The position numbers and the translations under genes are program-made. 64,000 bases of DNA from an uncultured Actinomycetes bacterium. GTDB taxonomy: Bacteria; Actinomycetota; UBA4738; HRBIN12. Position 1 is the first letter of the stretch; every line of letters starts with the position of its first letter. Positions 27,488-35,637 of this stretch are shown one piece after another. The DNA lies in assembly GCA_963790335.1 (NCBI GenBank), contig CAWBOB010000007.1, positions 161,069 through 225,068 of the forward strand, in the 5' to 3' direction. The notes under the pieces are model-generated. The model was not told the DNA's origin. It saw nothing but the letters and a program-made list of their open reading frames with translations, and did no database searches.

Positions 27488-28795
27488 TCAAGGAGGAGGC
27501 GGGGGCAGCGCCGGCTCCGGGAGCTCACCGTCGGCTGCCCGTAGCCGCGCTCGCACGACGGTCCCGACGCCGAGCACCCCATAGAAGGCCGCGAGGAGCA
27601 GGATGCCCACCCGGAACCGGATCGAGAGCAGCACGGGAGCGAACGCCCCCGCGGCCCAGGCGAGCTGGAACATCACCTCGTACCGGACGAACACGCGCCC
27701 CTGCGCCCCCGGGGGCGCATGACGCTGCATGAGGCTCTGGAACGCGAGCCGCCCGAGCTCGGTGGCAGCTCCGGCGACGAACGCGAACACGGTGAGCAAG
27801 GGCAGGCCGAAGAGCTCGAAGGCGAGCACGGCGCCGATGCACGCCGCGCTCACCGAGGCGATGACGACGGCTTCCTCGCGGGTGGTGCGCGGCGCGCGGG
27901 GGGCGACCACGTCGGCGACGAACGTGCCGAGCACCCCCGCGCCGGCGAGCACCGCGAACCAGTAGACGGGGGCGTCGTCGACACGGAGCGAGAACGCCAG
28001 CAGGAAGAGCAGGAACCCGCTCGCGGCGCGCATGCCCACGGCGCCGACCGCCGACACGCCGAGGGCCGGCACGAGGCCGCGCCGCCCCACGCGAGCTGCG
28101 GTGCGCGCTGGACGATCTCGGCGTCCCGGGTGGGGAAGCCGCAGCGTGAGCAAGGCCGACACCATGTACACCCCTGCGGCCACGTAGATCGCCGCCGGCG
28201 CCCCGCCGAGGCGGATCGCGCCGAACGCAACCGGGGCCGCGACGATCGCCCCAACCGCCGCGAGACGGCCGAGCCGTGCGTTGGCTCGCATCAACCCGTC
28301 CCCCGCGCCCGCGTAGGCGATCGTGAGCCCGTTCTTGGTGATCGCGTGCACACGAGAGAGCACGAGCAACCCGAGGGCCGCCGGGAACAACACCAATGTT
28401 CCGAACCGGGGCGCCGCATAGATCGCGATCGCTGCTCGGCCCGCCGCCGATCCGAACGCGATGAGCCGCCGGGGTCCCGCCCGGTCGAGCAGCGGTACCA
28501 GCAGGGGCCCCGCGAGCGCCAGCGGAAGCATGGTGATCCCCAGATAGGCGGCGACCCGCAGCTTCGCCTCACCCACCGGAAGGGAGAAGAACACCGAATC
28601 GGCGAGCGCGATCGCGAGCATCGCGTCGCCGGCGACGCTCGTGAAGTGGTTCAGCGCGTAGGAGTCGACCGGGTCGTCCGATCGCCACAGGCGTACGAAC
28701 GGGTGCACGATCCCGCGCACGAGGCTCGAGAGCGCGTAGAGCGCGAGCTGCCAGAGCGGGATGCGTCCCGGACGGCCAGCGGGGGCCCCGGCCAT
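27488..28795 (-). CDS. MFS transporter
   Basis: 435 aa, polytopic hydrophobic profile. It starts 10 nt after the gatB stop. Confidence 0.8.
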   Translation of the reverse strand: MAGAPAGRPGRIPLWQLALYALSSLVRGIVHPFVRLWRSDDPVDSYALNHFTSVAGDAMLAIALADSVFFSLPVGEAKLRVAAYLGITMLPLALAGPLLVPLLDRAGPRRLIAFGSAAGRAAIAIYAAPRFGTLVLFPAALGLLVLSRVHAITKNGLTIAYAGAGDGLMRANARLGRLAAVGAIVAAPVAFGAIRLGGAPAAIYVAAGVYMVSALLTLRLPHPGRRDRPARTAARVGRRGLVPALGVSAVGAVGMRAASGFLLFLLAFSLRVDDAPVYWFAVLAGAGVLGTFVADVVAPRAPRTTREEAVVIASVSAACIGAVLAFELFGLPLLTVFAFVAGAATELGRLAFQSLMQRHAPPGAQGRVFVRYEVMFQLAWAAGAFAPVLLSIRFRVGILLLAAFYGVLGVGTVVRARLRAADGELPEPALPPPPP

Positions 28796-28805
28796 GCGTG
28801 TGACC

Positions 28806-30257
28806 TCAGCTCTGAAGGCGCTCGCGCAGCAGCTCCTGCGCGAGCTTCGGGTTCGCGGAACCGCCGGACGCCTTCATGACCTGCCCGACCAGGAAACCGA
28901 TCACGCTCTCGTTGCCGGAGCGGAACTTCTCGGCGGCGTCGGCGTTGTCGGCGAGCACCCCGTCGACGATCGTGCCGAGCTCGCCGGAGTCGGAGACCTG
29001 GCGCAGCCCCCGGCGTTCGATGATCGCGCCGATGTCGTCGCCGGTCTCGGCGGCTTCCTCGAGGGCCTGCTTGGCGCCGGCGCCGCTGATCGAACCGTCG
29101 GCCACCAGCGCGATCAGGTCGGCGAGGTGGCGCGGACCGACGCGTTCGGCGGCCTCGGCTCCGTGCTTGTTGGCGAGGCCCGCGAGGTCCTGCGTCACCC
29201 AGTTCGCGGCGGGGGTGGCGTCCGCGCCGAGCTCGACGGTCGCTTCGAACAGCGCGCATGCCGCGCGGTCGGCCACCAGCACGCGGGCGACCTCCGGCCT
29301 GAGCCCATGCTGCGCGACGTAGCGCTCGCGCCGCGCCCTCGGCAGCTCTGGCACCCCGGCACGGATCTCCTCGATCCACTCGACGCTCGGTTCGATCGCA
29401 GGGATGTCGGGTTCGGGGAAGTACCGGTAGTCGAAGGCTTCCTCCTTGGAACGCATGGTCGCGGTGGCGCCGGCGTCCTCGTTCCAGTGGCGGGTCTCCT
29501 GCACGATCGTCTCGCCGCCCTCGAGTGCCTTGGTCTGGCGCGCGATCTCGTAGGCGAGCGCGCGCTCGAGCGAGCGCACGGAGTTCATGTTCTTGATCTC
29601 GACCTTGGTGCCGAGTTCGCTCGACCCCGCCGGGCGCATCGAGACGTTGGCGTCGCAGCGCAGCGACCCCTCCTCCATGCGAACGTCGCTCACGTCGAGC
29701 GACTCGAGCGTGGCGCGAAGCTCTCGCAGGTACGCGCCGGCTTCCTCGGGCGAGCGGATGTCGGGCTCGCTCACGCATTCGACGAGGGGAACGCCGGCGC
29801 GGTTGAAGTCGACCAGCGCGGCATCGGCGTCGTGGATGCGGCCGCTCGAGCTCGCGTGCGTGGTCTTGCCGGTGTCCTCTTCCATGTGCACGCGCGTGAT
29901 GCCGACCCGGCTCGTCGAGCCGTCGGGCAGCTCGACGTCGAGGTGGCCGCCGACGCAGATCGGCAGGTCGTACTGGCTGATCTGATAGTTCTTCGGCATG
30001 TCCGGGTAGAAGTAGTTCTTGCGGTGGAAGAGCGAGTGCGGCGCGATCTCGCTGCCGAGGGCGAGCCCGATCGTGATGATGCGTCTGATGGCTTCACGGT
30101 TGGGCACAGGCAGGGAGCCGGGATGACCGAGGCACACCGGGCACACGTTGGTGTTGGGTGGAGCGCCGAACGCGTTGCGGCACCCACAGAACATCTTCGT
30201 CTCGGTGCTGAGTTCCACGTGGCACTCGAGCCCGATCACAGCCTCGTACTCGGTCAC
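28806..30257 (-). CDS. gatB: Asp-tRNA(Asn)/Glu-tRNA(Gln) amidotransferase subunit B
   Basis: 483 aa. MTEYEAVIGLECHVELSTETKMFCGC..., C-terminal YqeY-like tail. Confidence 0.95.
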   Translation of the reverse strand: MTEYEAVIGLECHVELSTETKMFCGCRNAFGAPPNTNVCPVCLGHPGSLPVPNREAIRRIITIGLALGSEIAPHSLFHRKNYFYPDMPKNYQISQYDLPICVGGHLDVELPDGSTSRVGITRVHMEEDTGKTTHASSSGRIHDADAALVDFNRAGVPLVECVSEPDIRSPEEAGAYLRELRATLESLDVSDVRMEEGSLRCDANVSMRPAGSSELGTKVEIKNMNSVRSLERALAYEIARQTKALEGGETIVQETRHWNEDAGATATMRSKEEAFDYRYFPEPDIPAIEPSVEWIEEIRAGVPELPRARRERYVAQHGLRPEVARVLVADRAACALFEATVELGADATPAANWVTQDLAGLANKHGAEAAERVGPRHLADLIALVADGSISGAGAKQALEEAAETGDDIGAIIERRGLRQVSDSGELGTIVDGVLADNADAAEKFRSGNESVIGFLVGQVMKASGGSANPKLAQELLRERLQS

Positions 30258-30297
30258 AGCGGCAGCCTACCGGGAAGCCTCGCGGGCGCCGAGGCGC

Positions 30298-30975
30298 CTA
30301 GGGTGTCGGGTGGAACAGCTTCCAGTGCCCCTCGGAGACGATGTCGACGGCACCTTCGGTCACCCGGATGGCGGTGTCGTCGTCGATCGCGTAGCACGGC
30401 ACCGGCATCTCGGCGGCCCATCGCTCCGCGTCGGCCATGGAGTTGTCCGGCAGGGCCTCGTGGTCCAGGTGCGGGAAGATCGAGAAATCGACGATCCCCA
30501 GCGTGCTGTCATCGCCGGTCGGCGGCTTCCAGTTGACGAACTCCTTCCCGATGCTTGGGGTCATCACCAAGCTCCCGGCGCTCAGTCCCACCCAGACCGT
30601 CTCGTGCAGCGACGGCAGGAGATCCGCCAGCCCGGACTGCCGCATCCAGTGGCACAGGTAGACAGGGTCGCCGCCATTGACCAGGAAGACATCTGCCTCT
30701 CGCGCCCAGGGCACCCAGCGCTCCTCCCCGATGCTCGGCAACGCCGTCAGCTCCAGCACTCCCAGGGACTTCCAGCCGAGTTCGCACATGGGGGTTCTGG
30801 GCTCTCGGCCGACGATGAACTTCCAGGCCTCGCCAGGACCAGTCATGGGGTGTCCGTACGTCGCAGTGGGGATGCAGAGGGCGTTGGACTCGGCGATCGG
30901 CTTGCCCAGCAGGTCCACCAGCGCGTCGTGGATGCTCGGGTTCGTGATGCCTGCGGACGTGAGCAGGAACTTCAG
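30298..30975 (-). CDS. Peptidase E / S51-like (type 1 glutamine amidotransferase-like) protein, probable CTG start
   Basis: (L/M)KFLLTSAGITN..., nucleophile motif VGLSAGSLV. CTG 30973-30975 overlaps the upstream TGA (CTGA) and lies 4 nt after SD aaggaggag. The only canonical in-frame start (31098) would add 41 Arg-rich residues inside the kinase gene. Confidence 0.7.
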   Translation of the reverse strand: MKFLLTSAGITNPSIHDALVDLLGKPIAESNALCIPTATYGHPMTGPGEAWKFIVGREPRTPMCELGWKSLGVLELTALPSIGEERWVPWAREADVFLVNGGDPVYLCHWMRQSGLADLLPSLHETVWVGLSAGSLVMTPSIGKEFVNWKPPTGDDSTLGIVDFSIFPHLDHEALPDNSMADAERWAAEMPVPCYAIDDDTAIRVTEGAVDIVSEGHWKLFHPTP

Positions 30976-31511
30976 GGCTCCTCCTTCCCGGGGGCAGGCT
31001 GCATGTGCGGCGGCAGCTCCGGAGGGCGCGACGCGATCGCGATGAGGTCGGCGACGACCTCGTCGAGCGTTCGGCTCGCGTCCAGCTCGTGCGTGCATCC
31101 CTGCCTGAGGAGCGGCTCGACGTTGACGAGGTCATCAAGGACCATCGCTCGTTCCAGCGGGGTCTTCCCGTAGTCGTTCGTCGTCCTACGCGCGATGCGG
31201 TCGAGGATCACCTCAGCAGGGGCGCTGAGCAGCACGACCGCGTCGAACCGATCGTAGAACTTCGACTGGTTCCGCACGCACCCCTGCACGAAGAGCGAGC
31301 GACCATCGTCGGAGTCGAGCAGGGCGGCGATCTTGTCCTCCACCCAGAGCCACTCCCCGCGGTGCAGCTCCTCGGAGGGTTCGGGGTCTTCGCGATACTC
31401 TCGCCAGCCCGGATCGTCGGTGTCGACGACGCGATAGCCGCGTCGGCCGAGCTCGGCGAGCGCCGACGACTTGCCCGTTCCCGACATCCCCGTCACCATG
31501 ACCCTCGACAT
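30972..31511 (-). CDS. P-loop NTPase / small-molecule kinase-like (AAA family) protein
   Basis: 179 aa from ATG 31511. Walker A VTGMSGTGKSS. Confidence 0.75.
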   Translation of the reverse strand: MSRVMVTGMSGTGKSSALAELGRRGYRVVDTDDPGWREYREDPEPSEELHRGEWLWVEDKIAALLDSDDGRSLFVQGCVRNQSKFYDRFDAVVLLSAPAEVILDRIARRTTNDYGKTPLERAMVLDDLVNVEPLLRQGCTHELDASRTLDEVVADLIAIASRPPELPPHMQPAPGKEEP

Positions 31512-31571
31512 CGCCACGACCCTACCGAGTGGCCGGTCGTGCATGTCCAGCGACTGCGAAGGAGGTGCCAC

Positions 31572-32165
31572 GTGGCCGTGCTCGATCCGATCGCGGAGAT
31601 CATCGGCGACTATCGAGCCTTCGCGGCGGCGCAGCGCGACCGTCTCCTCGCTCGCGGCATCGAGATCGCGACGTACCCGCTCAGCCACCTGTGCGTGCGC
31701 GTCGCCGACTGGGACCTGTACGTCCACCAGCGCGCGTTGCTCGAGCGCCATGCGAGATCGAACCGCGAGAACGTCTGGAACGGGCGTCCGATCTCCCTGA
31801 TCGTGCTCGCCGAGCCCCTCGAGGTCCTCGACGGCAAGCAGTGCTCGCGCATCGAGCTCATCCCACCCGTGCACCAGCGCGTCTACCGCATGGGCCTCGA
31901 GCACCTCGGCGTCGTCGTCGGTGCGGAGTTCGACGAGTTCTCGCGAGCCCATCGAGACGTGCTGACGGGACAGCAGTTCCAGAGTGCCGAGGTCGACCCC
32001 GTCTACGTGCTGTTCGAGGACTTCACCCACGTGAAGTTCTACCGACGTTCCTTCTTCGACGTCGTCGAGGACGAGGAAGGACGCTCCGAGGGCTTCACAC
32101 ACGTCGACGACTGGGTGCCGCAGCGGCTGGTCACCGCCACCGGCCCGAACCCGCTGCCACGCTGA
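31572..32165 (+). CDS. YecM-like VOC-fold metalloprotein
   Basis: GTG 31572 lies 6 nt after SD gaaggagg. Segments SHLCVRV, WNGRPISLIVLAEP, IELIPP and GLEHLGVVV parallel E. coli YecM as I remember it. Confidence 0.6.
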   Translation: MAVLDPIAEIIGDYRAFAAAQRDRLLARGIEIATYPLSHLCVRVADWDLYVHQRALLERHARSNRENVWNGRPISLIVLAEPLEVLDGKQCSRIELIPPVHQRVYRMGLEHLGVVVGAEFDEFSRAHRDVLTGQQFQSAEVDPVYVLFEDFTHVKFYRRSFFDVVEDEEGRSEGFTHVDDWVPQRLVTATGPNPLPR

Positions 32166-32169
32166 CGCT

Positions 32170-32589
32170 TCAGGGAACGCCGGCGTGGCGAGGCGCGTCG
32201 ACGACCGGCTCGGGCGCATGCCACACGGCTTCGACGTTGTTCTGGTGCAGGTCGCTGACGAACGCCCCGTAGTAGCGCTCGGAGTACTGCGTCCACACCC
32301 CGGGCTCGCCGCGCGCGGTCGCGCCGTTCGCGACGGCGCCCTCGAAGAACGCATCCACGGCGTCCCGCCCCTCGGCGGAGAACGCGATGTGCGCCGCCGT
32401 GGTCACCGGCTCCCCGCGGCAGATGGCGAAGTCGTCGAGATCGTCGGGCCCGTAGGACACACAGTCCTCTTGCACGAAGAGTTCCTCATAGCCGAGCGGT
32501 GCGAGGGCGGCCGTGTAGAGCCTGCGGCTCGCGGTTACGTCTGCCACGACGAAGAGCACGTGATCGACGACGACGCGGCGAACCGTCAT
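32170..32589 (-). CDS. VOC (glyoxalase/bleomycin-resistance/dioxygenase) family protein
   Basis: 139 aa from ATG 32589 (MTVRRVVVDHVLFVVADV...HIAF). ATGA overlap with the upstream VOC. Confidence 0.8.
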   Translation of the reverse strand: MTVRRVVVDHVLFVVADVTASRRLYTAALAPLGYEELFVQEDCVSYGPDDLDDFAICRGEPVTTAAHIAFSAEGRDAVDAFFEGAVANGATARGEPGVWTQYSERYYGAFVSDLHQNNVEAVWHAPEPVVDAPRHAGVP

Positions 32590-33041
32590 GCGTTCACGCC
32601 GATCTGCTGGGCCAGCCCGATGAGGATGCCCTCGGGCCCCCGGACGTAGCAGAGCCGATACACGTCTTCGTACTGGACCACTTCGTCGACGAGCTGCGCG
32701 CCGTGGTCGCGGAGCCGGGCGAGCGTCTCGTCGAGGTCGTCCACGGCGAACATGACACGCAGGTAGCCCAGAGCGTTCACCGGGGCGTTGCGGTGATCGG
32801 CGACCACGGGCGGCGCGAGGAAGCGCGAGAGCTCGACCCGGCCGTGTCCGTCCGGCGTCCGCATCATGGCGACCTCGACGCGCTGGTCCCGCAATCCGGT
32901 GACGCGCCCCGACCAGTCTCCTTCGATCATGAAGCGGCCTTCGAGTTCGAGGCCCAGCGCGGTGAAGAACGCGATGGCGACTTCGAGCGATTCCACCACG
33001 ATGCCCACGTTGTCCATCCGCTGAACCGCCACGCGGTCCAT
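32586..33041 (-). CDS. VOC family protein
   Basis: 151 aa from ATG 33041 (MDRVAVQRMDNVGIVVESLEVAIAFF...). Confidence 0.8.
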   Translation of the reverse strand: MDRVAVQRMDNVGIVVESLEVAIAFFTALGLELEGRFMIEGDWSGRVTGLRDQRVEVAMMRTPDGHGRVELSRFLAPPVVADHRNAPVNALGYLRVMFAVDDLDETLARLRDHGAQLVDEVVQYEDVYRLCYVRGPEGILIGLAQQIGVNA

Positions 33042-33090
33042 CCTTGCAGGTTCGCAAGGTCGACCAGGTGTGCGTGAGACGCTCGAAGCC

Positions 33091-34284
33091 TCACGACCAC
33101 CTGGCATGCAGGGACGTCGGGCCCCGGTACTCCCACCCGCGGAACACGACCTCGGCGCTCGGGTCCAGGTGCAGCCAGGGGAGGCGCTCGGCGAGCAGGC
33201 GCAGACCGATGCGCATCTGCAATCGCGCGAGCTGATGTCCCACGCAGAAGTGCGGCCCGAAGCCGAACGCGGCGTTCGCGTGACGCGCCCGGAAGAGATC
33301 GTAGGCATCGGCGGTCGGGCCCCACGCTTCCTCGTCTCGGTTCGCCGAGGGGATGATGAGCCCGACGGCCTCGCCCTCGGGGATCTCGATCCCCGCGACC
33401 GAGACGTCCGGGCCGGCCGCCCGCCCCTGCGTGCCGATCGGTGAGACCCATCTGATGCCCTCGTCGACGGCCCGCCGCGCGAGGCCAGCGGGATCGTCGA
33501 GGAACGCCGCGCGCTGCTCCTCGATGCCGAGGATGCCCGCGATCGTCGAACCGAGGCCGTCGGCAGGCTCCTGCAAGCCGCCGATGAGCGCGAGCTTCAG
33601 GGTGGGCATGAAGGCACGCATGCGGTCGTCGAGGTCGCCCGCCTCGGCGTGGAGCATGTCGCAGATCATCGAGCCGTCGGGCCGTTCGAGCAGCTCGGCC
33701 AGTCGTGGCCGGAGCGTCTCGTCGATCTCGGTGCTCGTGCGATCGGCCACCGCCTGCTTCGCGGGGTCGCTCTCGTAGTTCGAGGTTCCGGTCGCGAGAT
33801 CGTGGAACCAACGCTGCAGCGTGGGCGCATCGAGCTCACGCAGGCCGATCACCTCGGCGAGCGAGACCGCCGCGAGCGGTCGGCAGTAGGCGGACGTCAG
33901 ATCGGCCTCGCCGTCGGCGGCGAACCCGTCGATCAACGTGGTCGCGATGCGCTCCACGATCGAGGGGGCTGCGGCCTCGATCGCTCGGGGCCTGAGGGTG
34001 GCTTCCATCGGCGCTCGCCAGTGCTCGTGGTCCTCACCGTCGACCGTGAGCACGTTGCGCCCGCCGAGGGTCCGATCGAGCGGCGATGCGGCCATCGAGG
34101 CAGGGAACGCAGCACCGTCCTCGGCGGCGGCCACGACGTCGGCCCACCTCGTCACGAACCAGAGACCCACGGCCGGCACGAAACAGACGGGCGAGTTCCG
34201 GCGCAGCCGCGCGTAGATCGGATACGGGTCCTCGTCGAGCGCCGAGACGGTGATGTCGTCGGCACGAGCCTCGGTCAGGGCCAC
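33091..34284 (-). CDS. Cytochrome P450
   Basis: 397 aa. FGFGPHFCVGHQLARLQ heme loop, EGIRW. Confidence 0.9.
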   Translation of the reverse strand: MALTEARADDITVSALDEDPYPIYARLRRNSPVCFVPAVGLWFVTRWADVVAAAEDGAAFPASMAASPLDRTLGGRNVLTVDGEDHEHWRAPMEATLRPRAIEAAAPSIVERIATTLIDGFAADGEADLTSAYCRPLAAVSLAEVIGLRELDAPTLQRWFHDLATGTSNYESDPAKQAVADRTSTEIDETLRPRLAELLERPDGSMICDMLHAEAGDLDDRMRAFMPTLKLALIGGLQEPADGLGSTIAGILGIEEQRAAFLDDPAGLARRAVDEGIRWVSPIGTQGRAAGPDVSVAGIEIPEGEAVGLIIPSANRDEEAWGPTADAYDLFRARHANAAFGFGPHFCVGHQLARLQMRIGLRLLAERLPWLHLDPSAEVVFRGWEYRGPTSLHARWS

Positions 34285-34299
34285 CTGACGCTCCCCCGT

Positions 34300-35637
34300 C
34301 TACGCGATCGCCGCGATCGAATCCTCGAAAGCCTCGAGCGTGCGATCGACGTCCTCGTCGGTGTGCTGGGCCGACATCGAGAACTCCTCGAACCACGCCG
34401 AGCCCATGGGGATCACGCCGCGGTTCAGCATCGCGAACCAGTAGTCGTCCCAGCGAGCGGCGTCGTTGCGTGCAGCTTCCCGGAAGTTCATGGGCTGCCG
34501 GTCGAGACCGAAGAACAATCCGCCGAGCGTGTTGAGCTGCACGACGTGCGCGGTGATGCCCTTGTCGGCGACCACCTCGCGCATGCCGTCGGCCAGGCGC
34601 GTGGTGAGGCGGGTCATCTCCTTGTAGGCGTCGTCGGTCATGACCTTGGTGAGGCATGCGAGCCCGGCCGCCATGCCGAGCGGGTTCGCGTTGTAGGTGC
34701 CGAAGTGCACCGCCGGGCCGAGCGGGCTGATCTGCTCCATCAGCTCGCGCTTGCCGCCGAACGCGCCGACCGGCACGCCGCCGCCGATCGCCTTGGCGAG
34801 CGTGACGAGGTCGCCCTTCACCCCCCAGAGCTCGGTGGCGCCACCCGGCGCGATGCGGCAGCCGAGCTTGACCTCGTCCATGATCATCACCGCGCCCTTC
34901 TCGGTGCAGAGCGCGCGCACGCCCTCGAGGTAGCCGGGCTCGGGCGGGATCACGCCGCCGTTGGTCATGGCCGGCTCGACGATCACGCCGGCCACGTCGC
35001 CGTCGTGCTCGTCGAACGCGCGGCGCATCATGTCGAGGTCGTTGAACGACACGACCGCCGTGAACTCGGTCGATGCCGGCAGCAACCCGGCCGAGTCGGC
35101 GGTGGCGTTCGGGTGCTCGTCGGGGCCGGCGGCGTCGGCGTCGGCGCCGCCGATCGAGACGAGCAGGTGATCGGTGCCGCCGTGGTACTGGCCTTCGATC
35201 TTCACGATCGTCTTGCGTCCGGTGGCGGCACGCGCGAGCCGGATCGCGGTCTGCGTGGCCTCGACGCCCGACTGGGTGAACCGGATCATCTCGATCACGC
35301 CTGGGTAGCGGCGGATCACTTCCTCGGCGAGGTCGCCCGCGAGCGTCGTCGGCAGGCCGTAGAGCGTGCCGTGCTCGGCCTGGCGCGTGATGGCCTCGAC
35401 GATGATCGGGTTGGCATGACCGGCGACCATGGCCGCGTAGCAGAGCGAGTAGTCGATGTACTCGTTGCCGTCGAGATCCCACACCCTCGACCCCTTGGAA
35501 TCCGCGAGGTACAGCGGATGCGGCGGCTTGAACTGGATGGCGCTGCCGACCCCACCCGGGATCACCTTCGCGGCGCGCTGCCACGCTTCCCTGCCCTTGG
35601 GGGTCCGTCGCTCGTACTCCTCGACGCCGTCGGTCAT
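34300..35637 (-). CDS. Class III aminotransferase (glutamate-1-semialdehyde aminomutase-like)
   Basis: ATG 35637 (MTDGVEEYERRTPKGREAWQRAAKVIPGGV...). DEVKLG PLP-lysine region. ATGA overlap with the CoxL stop. Confidence 0.85.
   Translation of the reverse strand: MTDGVEEYERRTPKGREAWQRAAKVIPGGVGSAIQFKPPHPLYLADSKGSRVWDLDGNEYIDYSLCYAAMVAGHANPIIVEAITRQAEHGTLYGLPTTLAGDLAEEVIRRYPGVIEMIRFTQSGVEATQTAIRLARAATGRKTIVKIEGQYHGGTDHLLVSIGGADADAAGPDEHPNATADSAGLLPASTEFTAVVSFNDLDMMRRAFDEHDGDVAGVIVEPAMTNGGVIPPEPGYLEGVRALCTEKGAVMIMDEVKLGCRIAPGGATELWGVKGDLVTLAKAIGGGVPVGAFGGKRELMEQISPLGPAVHFGTYNANPLGMAAGLACLTKVMTDDAYKEMTRLTTRLADGMREVVADKGITAHVVQLNTLGGLFFGLDRQPMNFREAARNDAARWDDYWFAMLNRGVIPMGSAWFEEFSMSAQHTDEDVDRTLEAFEDSIAAIA

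Noticed and set aside
30258-30297. GGCGCC-GA-GGCGCC motif before gatB as an attachment site or terminator marking the island edge
   Set aside because: The two-nucleotide loop makes a hairpin implausible. No matching repeat was found at the other edge (45786-45836).
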